Below are positions 28,672-41,224 of a DNA stretch of 64,000 bases, one piece after another (position 1 is the stretch's first letter; each line of letters begins with the position of its first letter). The notes beneath the pieces are model-generated. The model made no database searches and was not told the DNA's origin. It saw only the letters and a list, made by a program, of their open reading frames with translations. The stretch lies in NCBI RefSeq assembly GCF_009914755.1, contig NC_060930.1; one strand, written 5' to 3'. A program made the translations under genes and the position numbers. The stretch comes from the human T2T-CHM13v2.0 reference genome, Homo sapiens.

Positions 28672-30786
28672 CTTTAATTTTTAATTTAATCTTTTTCTTT
28701 TTCAACTTTTATTTTAGATTCATGCTGTACATGTGCAGTTTGTTACCTGGGTATATGCATGATGCTGAGGTTTGAGTTATAAATGATCCCATCACACAGA
28801 TACTGAGAAAAGTCCCCAACAGTTTTTCAACACTTACCCCATTTTCTCCCTTCCTCATCTAGTAGTCCCCGGTGTCTACTGCTCCCATCTTTATGAGTAT
28901 CCAATGTTTAACTCCCACTTGTAAGTGAGAACAAGCAGTATTTGGTTTTCTGTTCCTGGGTTAATTTGCTTAGGATAATGGCCTCCAGCTGCATCCATGC
29001 TGCTGCAAAGGACATGATTTTATTCTTTTCTGTAGCTACATAATATTCCATTGTGTATATGTACCACATTTTCTTCATCCAATCCACCATTGATGGGCAC
29101 TAGGTTGATTCCATGTCTGTGCTATTGTGAATGGTGCTGCGATGAACATGCAAATGCATGTATCTTTTTGGTAGAATGATTTGTTTTCTTTTGGATATAT
29201 ACCCAGTAATGGAATTGCTGGGTTAAATGATAGTTGTTTTAAGTTCTTTGAGAAATTGCCAAACTGCTTCCCACAATGGCTGAGCTAATTTACATTCCCA
29301 CCAGGAGTGTATAGCATTCCCTTTTCATTGCAAACTTGCCAACATCTGTTGTATTCTGAGTTTTTAATAATAGCTATTCTGACTAGTGTGAGATGGTATC
29401 TCATTGTGGTTTTGATTTGCATTTCTTTAATGATTAGTGATGAGGAGCATTTTTAATAAGTTTGTTGACCACTTATATGTCTTCTTTTGAGAAGTGTCTG
29501 TTCATGTCTTTTGCCCACTTTTTTTTAACAGGGTTATTTATTTTTTGCTTTTTCAATAGTTTAAATTCCTTATAGATCTGGACATTAGGCTTTTGTCAGA
29601 TTTGTAGTTTGCAGATGTTTTCCCCCATTCTGTAGGTTGTATGTTTATTCTGTTGATAGTTTCTCTTACTGTGCGGAAGCTGTCTAGTTTAATTAGGCTC
29701 CATTTGTCAATTTTTGTTTTTGTTACAATTGCTTTTGAGGACTTAGTCATAAATTCTTTCCCAAGGCTAATGTTCAGAATGATGTTTCCTGGGTTTTCTT
29801 CTAGGATTCTTATAGTTTGATGTCTTACATGTAAATATTCAATCCATCTTGAGTTAATTTTTTCTATGGTTAAAGGTAGGGAACCAGCTTTATTCTTCTA
29901 CATATGACTAGCCTGTTATCCCAGCATCATTTATTGAATAGACAGTCCTTTCCCCCTTGCTTATTTTTGTCCATTTTGTCAAAGATTAGATTACTGTAGG
30001 TGTGTGGCTTTATTTCCAGGATCTTTATTCTGTTTCATTGGCCTATGTGTCTGTTTTTGTATCAGTACCATACTGTTTTGGTTACTGTAACCTTATATTA
30101 TACTTTGAATTCAGGTAATGTGATGCCTCTGGCTTTTTTCTTTTTGCTTAGGATTGCTTTGGCTATTTGGCTCTTTTTTGGTTTCATATTATTTTTAGAA
30201 TAATTATTGCCAATTCTGTGAAAAATGATGTTGGTTTGATAGGAATGGTATTGAATTTGTAGATTGCTTTGGGCATTATTGACCATTTTAACAGCATTGA
30301 TTCTTCCTGTCTGTGAGCATGGAATGTTTTTCCATTTGTTTGTGTCGTATATGATTTCTTTTGGCAGTGCTTTGTAGTTCTCCTTATACAGATCTTTCAT
30401 CTCCTTGGTTAAATGTATTCCTAGGTATTTTACTTTTTTGTGGCTATTGTAAATGGGATTGTATTCTTGATTTGGCTCTCAGCTTCAGTGTTATTGGTAT
30501 ATAGAAATGCTACTAAATGCTACTGATTTATGTACATTGATTTTTATCCTGAAGCTTTGCTAAAGTCCTTTACCAGTTCCAGGAGCCTTCTGGCAGAGTA
30601 TTTAGGGTTTTCTAAATATAGAATTGTATCGTCCATGAAAAGAGATAATTTGACTTTTTTTTTTTTCTATTTGGATGCTTTTATATCTTTCTCTTGCCTA
30701 ATTGCTCTGGCTAGCACTCCAGTATTTTGTTGAATAGAAGTGGTGAGAGTAGGCTTCCTTGTCTTGTTTCAGTTCTCAAGGGGAAG
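28672..30786 (-). mobile_element. L1PA16/17-like LINE, 5'-truncated (~2.1 kb)
   Basis: 3' UTR ttagattcatgctgtacatgtgcag...gatgctgaggtttg; ORF2 remnants 29553..29750 and 30098..30400 ([12 protein letters not shown]). Confidence 0.92.
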
Positions 30787-30854
30787 GAAGATGCAAATAA
30801 TTTGAGGTTACCTTTAATCTACCATAGAAACTAAGTTGATGTTTATGAGACTAA

Positions 30855-31210
30855 TATGGCTTTTGTCACCCAAGATCAAGATCTGCTTCTAAGTTGGACG
30901 AGACCACCATTAGGTGAATCTAAAGCCAAAGTGAGTCAGATATGTCCATTCCCTGATGGCTGGGAGATGGTCCTATTTCCCAATCTTGACCGTCAAATGC
31001 TCCCAAACTGAACTGTAACTCTGAAGGAAATGACCTTGGCTTTGTTATCTGCAGTCTTATTTCCCATGTATTTTTTTTTGATATCCTAAAATGACCTCAC
31101 CAGTGTTCTCCAGTCATCGGTGACCTACCCATTATCTTTATGTGATTTTTCTGAGTAAATTACCCAGAGCTGATTTGTTTTGCCTGAAATACAGAATCCC
31201 GATCACTACA
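30855..31210 (+). mobile_element. old ERVL-type LTR (LTR33-like), diverged
   Basis: 3' end aaattacccagagctgatttgttttgcctgaaatacagaatcccgatcactaCA. Confidence 0.4.
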
Positions 31211-31620
31211 GCAGTTCAAGCAAGAGTTGTTATAATCTGTGCTCAATGGTGACAATGGAAAGGGAAATAATTTAGTGGATGGTAAGAATGTTAAGTAGAT
31301 CAAATAGATTAGTAATAGTATTAGATGAAATATGAGAATGATGGAAAAGATTGGCTACTGTCTGGATGATAGTGCCATTCACTGAGATATGGAAATTGGA
31401 GGAGAGTGAGATTTAAGGATTCGTCCATGTTTTAAGTTTTGAATATGTTGATGTTGAAGTACTTGTGAGAGATCCAAATCAAGATGTTGTGTAGACAGTT
31501 ATACATATCATTTGTAGTTCAAATGTGAAGTCTGTACTAGAAATAGAAATAGAAATATGGGAATAGCTAGCTTATACATCTTAAATAAAACTATGTGTAT
31601 GGATGAGTGACCCTGGAATG
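31211..31620 (-). mobile_element. L2 LINE (continuation)
   Basis: gatagtgccattcactgagatatggaaattggaggag...gttttgaatatgttgatgttgaagtacttgtgaga. Confidence 0.75.
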
Positions 31621-32519
31621 AAAAGACAGACTTCTTCCTCTATATCTGTTTCTGTAAGTAGACTTTTATTTGAATAGAGAACATTTCTCTATAGCCTTGT
31701 CTCTTGAGTTTCTCTTCACTCTGCATTATTGCTTTAATGTTGCCTATTATGAGAAATCTCATTGTGAGAGCCAAAGTGGCTCTTCTCAGAAATTTCCAAA
31801 ACCTGTTATTCTTCAAGTAGCAAAAGACATTCACAGCTTAATGCAGAAGTAAGGTGAGCGCTCTCTTTTCAACCTCTGGCTCCCTAGATTCCAAACAGCA
31901 TTGTTCGTACCCAGAATCTAAGGAAGACTCTTGTGAAAACTCCTCTTGAAATTTTGGAATTTCTAGTTAAGAGTTTGTTAAGTACAAAATGGCAAAATGT
32001 CTTCTAATAATTCCTGACAGATCTTGATCTTTTATTTTTCTGGAGTAGAAGACTTGTCTGAGATAGAAAAGTCACGTAAATAAGTCACGTAAATAAATTA
32101 GGTAAGCTCTCTTGTAGTTAAAATGGATCAGTAGAAATTCTGCTTAATTCCATTGAAGGGTCACCATCCATGCAAGGCATGGAAGCCAGACTTCTTTATT
32201 AAGGACTTGATATTTTTGTTCCAAGTGAGGAGGCTCTGGGAACTAATTAATGCTAATCAAACTTAAGCATGATTGATAAGTGAGAATCTCAATTTACCCA
32301 CTTGTACTGAGTCATAAATATATATGTTGACTGAGGTACAATCCTCTCTCATGCAGGAATTGGTCTTTGGGAAACAAAATTACTAAACAAAATTTACGTG
32401 GTGAATATAGGGTGATATTTTCTAAAATGTTCTCTTGGTGGAATGCAAATTTCAATTTACGTTAAGGGTGTTATTATTACTCCCCTTCCACTAAAAACAG
32501 TTTTGGCGATCAAGCAGTT

Positions 32520-33075
32520 TTAAAAATTAACCAAATTAGAGTGAATACCCCCAAACTCAGTGGCTTAAAACAACAGCACTGTATTATTTCTTAAAGTTTC
32601 TGTGTGTTGGAAATTCAGAAAAGGCTTGGCTGGACAAGGCTTGGGATCGCGCATGCATTTTCGATGATATGATTGCTGGGGTTGAAGAGCAGATATCTAG
32701 TGTGTGCAGGTACTGGCCAGGCATCTCTTCCTCTCTTAATGTAGTCTCAGAGCTTCTCCATGCAATCTTTTTATATGGGCTGATTTGGGCTTCCTCACAG
32801 TATGGCAGCCTTACCACAGCCAAGCTTCAATATTGAGACTCTTGGTTTTAGGAGGAGTATTTCACCAAATAAAGTTAAAATTGCAACACATTTTCTGACC
32901 TAACTTGGAAAGTCACTAAGTATCACATCCACTGCCTTTTGTTGGTTTCAAGCAAGTCATAAGCCTGCCTAGATTTTAGGGAAGAAAAGACCCATCTCTT
33001 AATGAGGGAGATATCAAAGTCACAATTCAGAATAGCACTTAGAATGGGAGATAATGTTGCAGCCATCTTTGGAAA
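32520..33075 (-). mobile_element. MLT1 (G/H-like) MaLR LTR
   Basis: cccaaactcagtggcttaaaacaac...gggcttcctcacagtatggcagcc...gcagccatctttggaaa. Confidence 0.8.
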
Positions 33076-33397
33076 TAGTCATCCCTCGGTATCCACAGGG
33101 GATTGGTTCCAGGACTTCCCTCAGACACCGAAATCCATGCATGCTTATGACCCTGAAATAAAATGGCATAGTATTTGCATATAACCCATGCACATCTTCC
33201 TGTATAATTTAAATTATCTCTAGGTTATTTATAATACCTAATACCGTGTAAATGCTAGGTAAATAGTTATACTGTATTTGCTATTTGTATTTTTTAAATT
33301 GCTATAATTTTGTTTTTGTTTTTGTTTTCCAAATATTTTTGATATGCTATTGCTTGAATCTGTGGATGCAGAACCTGGAGACATGGAGAGCCAACCA
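33076..33397 (+). mobile_element. MER2 TcMar-Tigger fossil inserted in the MLT1 end
   Basis: agtcatccctcggtatccacaggggattggttccagg...gaatctgtggatgcagaacc...ggagagccaacca, then TA. Confidence 0.88.
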
Positions 33398-33639
33398 TAG
33401 CATGTCACAGCAGCTGTGGAAGAATGGTCATGTTAGATAACATCTCAGTCTCAGATACTTCACATTGAGGAGGAGAAATACAGAAGAAAACTTCCTGCTT
33501 TGAGCCTCAACAAATCTATTACAACAAAAGAATAGCTGTTAGATAACATTTATCAATCAAGAATGACTTGAATATCCTTTTTTCTTTGCCCTCAATCTTT
33601 ATTTCACCTTTCTGTTTTCATATTATTAACCATTTTGCA

Positions 33640-33780
33640 CATCTATCTCTCATTTTCCATGATTATAAATTCCATCTATAAGCTGACAACTCTCAATATC
33701 TCAAGCCTAAACTTCTCTCCCAAACTCCAGACTTACAGATTGAACAGCCTGTCCAAAACTAAGCTCCTGATATTACTCCT
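33640..33780 (+). mobile_element. L2 fragment
   Basis: ccatctataagctgacaactctcaa...ctctcccaaactccagact. Confidence 0.55.
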
Positions 33781-33795
33781 GTGAAGGGTTAAGCT

Positions 33796-34505
<710 letters not shown>

Positions 34506-34589
34506 TAAAGATTGGCAAGGTTTAGGTCCAAATTGCTTCTTTTCTTGATAAGTTCTAAACTTATCTCAGACTTACTTATTCTTTGGCCT

Positions 34590-34770
34590 GTTGTTCGCTA
34601 ACTGTGGTCTCCACACCAGGAATATCAGTATTACCTGAAAACTAGAAATGCATATTCTTGGGATAACCCACATCTACTGAATTAGAAATTCTGAGGGTAG
34701 GAGCCAGCAATTATGTTTTAACAAACCCTCCTTATGACTCTGCTGTGCACACAAGTTTGTGAACCACTGC
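34590..34770. mobile_element. MER5A hAT-Charlie fossil
   Basis: ctagaaatgcatattcttgg...gaaattctgagggtaggagccagcaat...caagtttgtgaaccactg. Confidence 0.8.
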
Positions 34771-35039
34771 CTTAGGCTGTGTGTTTCTGAAATCTGAGAG
34801 CTGTTAAGTAATATCTTCTTTATCCTCCATCTCATATTTCTGTTTTTCATTTCCCTTTAGTTTGACTAACCTAATGTTTATAAGTTATAAAATCTTTTGT
34901 AATTGCCAGTAGACAGAGCAGAATCCCATTCATATGCTTCTCAATTTGCAACAGAAAAACATAATTTTCTCTTTTTTCACCTGCCTTCGGGTTGTAATAC
35001 TGGTGTGGACCTTTGACATCTCAAATTTTCTATATCCTC

Positions 35040-35340
35040 AGGCTTTCCTATCTTGGCCGGTAACAACCTTACCCTTCTAGCATCTTTGCTCTACCTGAAT
35101 AGATCCAGACTCCAACCACAGCTCACCACCTCCACCGCCACCGCCTCCATATGATTCACCCACAGTAACTTCCACCTGGATGATTGTTGGCAGGTCTCCC
35201 TTTGTCTGTCCTTGCCTCCCTAGTCTATTTTCATCATAGCAACCCAAGTGTTCCCTTTGCAACATAAATCAGATCACATCACACCCCTGCTCACAAGCTG
35301 TTAGTGAGACACTTCATTTTTCTCAGAAGAAAAGCCAAAT
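35040..35340 (+). mobile_element. L2 fragment (resumes ~36370-36485 after the L1)
   Basis: ccttgcctccctagtctattttcatcatagcaaccc...aacataaatcagatcacatcacacccctgctc. Confidence 0.7.
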
Positions 35341-35342
35341 TC

Positions 35343-36370
35343 TTTTTTTTTTCTTTACAACTTTTATTTTGGAATCAGAGAGTACATGTGCAGGTTTATT
35401 ACATGGGCATGTTGCGTGATACTGAGGTTTGGGGTATAGATGATTCTGTCACCCAGGTAGTAAGCATTGTACCAAATTAGTAGTTTTGCAGCCCACGTCT
35501 TCCTCTAGTAGTCCCCAGTGACTATTGTTCCCAATTTTATATCCATGTGTACTCAATTTTTAGCTCCCACCTATAAGTGAGAATATGTAGTATTGGGTTT
35601 TCTATTCCTGCAGAATTCACTTAGGATAATGGCCTCAATTCTATCCATGCTGCTACAAAGGACATGATTTCATTCTTTCTTGTGGCTTTGTACTATTCCA
35701 TGGTGTATATGTACCCCATTTTTTTAATCCAGTCCATTGTTGATAGCAACCAAGATTGAGTCCATGTCTTTGCTATTGTGAATAGCACTGCCATAAACAT
35801 GAAAACACATGTATTTTTTTGGTAGAACAATTTAATTCCTTTGGATATATACCCAGTAATGGGATTGCTGGGTTGAATAGTAATTCTGTATTAAGTTCTT
35901 TGAGAAATGTCCTACCTCTTTTCACAGTGGCTGAGCTAATTTGCATTTCTACCAACAGCGTAAAAATGTTCCCTTTTCTCCACAGCCTCACCAGCATCTG
36001 TTATTTTTTGACTTTTTAATAATAGCCATTTTGACTGGTGTTAGGATGGTTTCTCATTATGGCTTTGATTTGCATTTCTCTAAGAATTAGTGTTGATGAG
36101 CATTTTTTTTCATACATCTTTTGGCCACTTGAGAATGTCTTTTGAAAAGTTTCTCAAAAAAATGAGCATGTCTTTTGTCCATTTTTTAATTGAATTATTT
36201 GTTTCTTGCTTGTTGATTTAAGTTCCTTGTAGATTTTTGATACAGACCTTTGTTGGATATACAGTTTGCAAATGTTTTCTCCCATTCTGTAGGTTGTCTG
36301 TTAACTCTGTTGATAGCTTCTTTTGCTGTGAGATGCTCTTTAGTTTAATTAGGTCCCACTTGTAAATTTT
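35343..36370 (-). mobile_element. L1PA16/17-like LINE 3' ~1 kb
   Basis: gtacatgtgcaggtttattacatgggcatgttgcgtgatactgaggtttgggg; ORF2 C-terminal remnant (PAIPLLGIYPKE). Confidence 0.9.
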
Positions 36371-37529
36371 TCTGTGATTTTACAAGGTGATACATGGTCA
36401 TCCTTGCCCCTTATCTCAGACCTTCTCTCTGACTTCCTTCCCTCCCCTTTTGCTCCAGACACACTGGTAGTCTGCTATTTCTCTAGTGTTACTTGCCTGC
36501 ATAAGGGAAGAAAGGAAACAGCCTGAGGACTTTCTTCATGCAGTCAACACAGGGGAAGAAGTGGGGCTTTGAGAGGAACTTAAACTTTAATGGAAGGAAC
36601 TGCTGAGTCAGAAACAAGCCTATATAGCAGGTCACATGACAGTAATTTTCCCCAGAGGTATATTGGTCAGGCAATGAAATAGGATGATCTTTCTGTTTTT
36701 CCCTCTTCCTGTAGGTTCGTTTCTCTTTGCTATTATTTAAACATATCAGGCTTTGCTTAAACAAAGAAAGGTGTTTTTGAGAGCTCTATCCAGTGAGAAT
36801 CACAAGTAAGCATTCATTTGATGGCCAATTATAAACCATTGACAACCAGATAAGTCAGAGTTTATTGTGTTGAAGGAAACCACAGGTGTAGTTCAGCTCT
36901 GCATTCTGGGAGTGTTAGAAAATCCTAGTTCTCTACATTTGGAATGGGACGAGTTGAGAATATGAGGATTAAGGCACTAATCTGCCATTCATAGCTTGCT
37001 CTTTGAAAGAGCAGAAGCAAATAAAGGCTTTGATCAGTGCCGGAGTCGAAGAGCAGAACTACAGCCCTTTCGTACCCTTTGATTTGGAAACAGTCGCCCT
37101 TCACAGTGGGATTCAAAGCCTGGATCTTTACTCTTGGAACCTTTTTCTTGCTGTGAGCATGAACACTCCTGCACTTTGTTTCCAAAAGGATTCACTTAGA
37201 CTTTAGACAGTGGTGAGTGCCTCTCCCCTTCCCCCCATCCATCCAAAGACAAAATTTCAAGTGACATTCAGTTCAGTTCTACTTTATATTCCTAGAGTAA
37301 AAGCCTCCATTCTGTTGGTGTAGGCTTCTTTCTCTCTTTCCACCAGTGTGATATATTTATGGGATGAAATAATAAAATATATACTTTTTAAAAACTTTAT
37401 TTTCACTCTCTAAGACCTAGAAGGCTCTCAAATTTGCCTTTTCAAAAACTACAGCTGCAAAAGTTGGTCCTCTATGGTTTACCTAGAAGATCTTACACAA
37501 TTTCAGACCAGGAACTCCAAATTATTTGA

Positions 37530-37770
37530 CAATGAGCAGCAAACATTCATGGGAACCCAATCGATGCTAGCTGTGGTGTCAGTAATAATTGTTAAAAAAA
37601 TAAATAAATTTTCAGCCTAATGGGGAAGACAGACACAAACCATGGGATAAGTAGAATCACAGGAGGGTATGAGAGATGCCTTGAAAGCAGAGGTACTCAA
37701 GGAGCCCAGACTGGATCAGAGAAGGAGACCTAGAGCAGGGGATGCCTCAGTGAGAAATGAAGGGCTTATG
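37530..37770 (-). mobile_element. L2 fragment
   Basis: cagcctaatggggaagacagacac...ggatcagagaagg. Confidence 0.5.
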
Positions 37771-38473
37771 AGGTTGCTAAGTTAATGTCTAATTTTATTT
37801 AGTAGGTTTCTAACCCTATTTCTCTGAGCCCTCCCAGGCTTTTATTTCTTAAATTGCAGTAATTATAGGATCCACTAAGATCTCTAAGTGTAATTAATCT
37901 AATTTTCTAAAGAAATGAAATAAAAACGATGTATTTTTAAAATATGTTGGAGCTGTAGTTTGGGGGTTTGTAGGTTTGTTTCTTTGTTGTCTTTCCGGAA
38001 AGGAAACTAGGCAGGGTTTTCGACAAGTTCTGTCAGCCCATGGGGATTCGACCTTAGGATCTGAAAACCATAAAAATCATACCATGAAATGTGAATATAC
38101 TTATTCTTTTTGTATATAAGTGATAACAAAAAGGGAAATGTGTGCTTCGTATCCTCGACACCAAGCACAGAGCTGGTGGATTTTGTATTCTGTTTTGTTG
38201 AATGAGTAAGTGTCTTGTGATGCTTTGAGGATTTTCTTCTTCCTGGTTGAGAATATTCTCTCATTATGGCAGTCTTCCCCCAATACACACACATATACCC
38301 GTATACACATACACACTCACAAACACACATATTTGAAATGTTTGCTAAACCAACTTAAATACTCGCTTTCTAATATATTTTCCTGAATGTTTCTAGCCCA
38401 TATTCATCACTGTTATTAAAATTTTAATTTATAATTATTAGTACATCATCTTTCCCTCCACACCCCACTACAG

Positions 38474-38504
<31 letters not shown>

Positions 38505-38515
38505 CACATACACAC
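38474..38515. repeat. (CA)n microsatellite
   Basis: Seen directly. Confidence 0.9.
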
Positions 38516-38546
38516 TTATACAGTCAATTCAGAAGTTTATATATTA

Positions 38547-38842
<296 letters not shown>

Positions 38843-39114
38843 AGAAGTTTATGTAATATATTAGATTTTGTTCTCTAATTGTTTCATCTATATACTTCTT
38901 GTTCTCTGATGAGCTTAAGCTTCTTGAAGTCAGGAATTAAGTCTCATATGCATTCTCACCTTCCTAGTGCACTTTGCCAAGGTGGCACTGTAGGCTTTAT
39001 TAACTTTATACCATCAACAAAAAGAATTAACCTTCCATCACATTTGCAAATATTCTCAGCAAATATTCTCTCTACATGGACACATTTGCGCAGTATCCAC
39101 GTATACCTGTGCAA

Positions 39115-39220
39115 GCACAGGCACATGCACACACACACACACTCCTCTCTCTCTCACACTCTATCTCACTCTTTCATATATACACACTTTCACACACTCA
39201 CATCCTTTCACCACTCTCAT
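39115..39220. repeat. CA/CT-rich low-complexity tract
   Basis: Seen directly; accounts for the His/Thr-rich ORFs at 38879..39307. Confidence 0.8.
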
Positions 39221-39359
39221 GCACCACTCTGTTCTTCAGATTCTGCTTGCAGAGCTTTAGCCTACAGGCAGTGCCAAAAAATATATAACCACATATATCC
39301 CCTCTAAACTCCTCTGTCATATTATTATAAAACTGCTTCATTAGCCTCTAAAATCAGAT

Positions 39360-39470
39360 ATTTTTAATGTATTTTAACACATTCCTGGTGAGGTTAGTAG
39401 ACTGCTACTTTACCAATGGAACTTTGGAGAGTGAGGAGTTCAGAGACTTAATCAGGACATTGCAGGATGG
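39360..39470 (-). mobile_element. MIR fragment
   Basis: acacattcctggtgaggt...ttttaccaatggaactttggagagtgaggagttcagagacttaatcagg. Confidence 0.4.
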
Positions 39471-41193
39471 TCCACAAAGGCTGCTCCACACAGTTCACAC
39501 CATTGTACTACATGTTTATGATTATTTATATATTGTAAAGTTTCTGATATTTTTGAACATCCTCATTCTTTTTAGTATTTTAAAATCCAACATTTATCTA
39601 TAAAATATTATTTTGGACACATTATAATAGTAAATTTGACTACATTTTGAAAACTATAAAGTAATGCACAAATGTACAGTATTATGTTTCTAAGGAAGTT
39701 TGGCATCCATAACAAAGTCTGTACATCAGAACTGATCAAAATAGAACCTGTTTAATATTATTGTTCTTTTTGGATGATATATATGTAGATAAAATTGATA
39801 GAAACTATCTGTAAAGTGATAGGTGATATGCTGACAATAAATCATTAGGTAAAATGTTCTTGCCTCCTACAGAAAGCTGAAATATTATAGCTATAAATTA
39901 TAGATAACATATAATACACAAACTAATAATCATCTACATTTATACAAAATAATTACTTGCTGAGAATTTTGTTTTGGATTGTTTTCATTAGTGAATTAAG
40001 AATTTAAAAAAAAAAAAACTCCCCCGTTCCATTCAGGGCATGGATTTTTTTACATCCTAAACAGCAAAAATATGTAGTTTTCAACTAATTGAAACAAATA
40101 AAATGGAATATCATTTATTCAGAGACCCCTGAATTGATTCTGGGTGGCCAGTGCTGTATCTCTGTATTTTATATCTTGTTATTCACATACCATTGTTTCT
40201 ATTACCAGAACTTCTTTATCTTAAAAAGAGAAAAAGTCTGATAGTTTAAAGAGAGAATTAACATGACAAAATTCAAAATGCTATTTTGTAAACCCCATCT
40301 TAATTGAGGTAGTTTAAGGTGTCTTACTCGCTAGCCTAGAGTCACATGAGTGGAGAGGAAGGGTCATGTCTTTGTCATAGGTATCCTGATCATGTTTCCC
40401 TGAAGTTGCTCAACCCCAGAAAACAGCTGTAGAAGACTGAAAGAGCTTGTAAACAGATGGGGTTTTCAAAATGGCTGAGGAAACAGAACATCTGACAAAG
40501 GTTTCACTGCATTGAAAGCATCTCAGGTTATTTGAAACACTACTTAACTTACCAAGATATGATTTGCAAGAATATACTCATTTCATAAAAGCACATGCAT
40601 CCTCCGTATGTGTCCACTCTTACAGCTGCTCAAATCTTTGTGCTAATCTAAGGTTTACTTACTCTAACCACTGCTCTAACCTGAATCCAAGTATAGAATG
40701 GAGACTGCCCTCTTCGTCCCCTTTATTCAACTACACAACTGATGTCATTTGTTGCTTTATTCAAACCATGCAACACTTTTACTGAAAAGAGGTAAAATGC
40801 TGGGAATGCAGCTTACAAGGCTGAACAACCGGTAACTCTGCCAGTGCACTTTGCAAAGTCTGAAGGATATGCAGGCATGCTCAAGTACTGCAAAGATCCA
40901 TATTAAACTGTGGCTTGAAATAGGAGGACGCTGCAAGTGCTGTTTCACTATACCTGAATGATCTGTTTCTTATTCTTACAACAGTCCACCTTGGAAGTAT
41001 GGGTGACATTGCTTTCTTTTGTTTTGTTCTTTTTACTTTTTCTAATACTGCTTCCACCATTTAAAATCTCAGTTTTGTCTTGTTTCCGCTCTCTGAGTTT
41101 AGATTCAATTGTGCCTTGTGTCTAAAATTCTTAAGTTTTCTTCCACACTTGTGGCCAAGGTCAGCACAGTCCATTCACCTATCTTCTTCTTGA

Positions 41194-41224
41194 GTTCTCC
41201 CAGTACATAAAGTACTGGGAGAAC
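41194..41224. other. perfect inverted repeat (13-bp stem, 5-nt loop)
   Basis: GTTCTCCCAGTAC-ataaa-GTACTGGGAGAAC. Confidence 0.95.

Noticed and set aside
35125-35148. Poly-Gly ORF from the (CCA/CCG)n tract
   Set aside because: Short trinucleotide-like tract within L2; not coding
36715-36805. Candidate plus-strand exon (polypyrimidine-TAG acceptor, GTAAGC donor), with similar candidates near 31790-31853 and 51378
   Set aside because: Such splice-like pairs are common by chance; no coherent reading frame or transcript evidence
38879-39307. His-rich 142-aa ORF
   Set aside because: Caused by the CA/CT low-complexity tract
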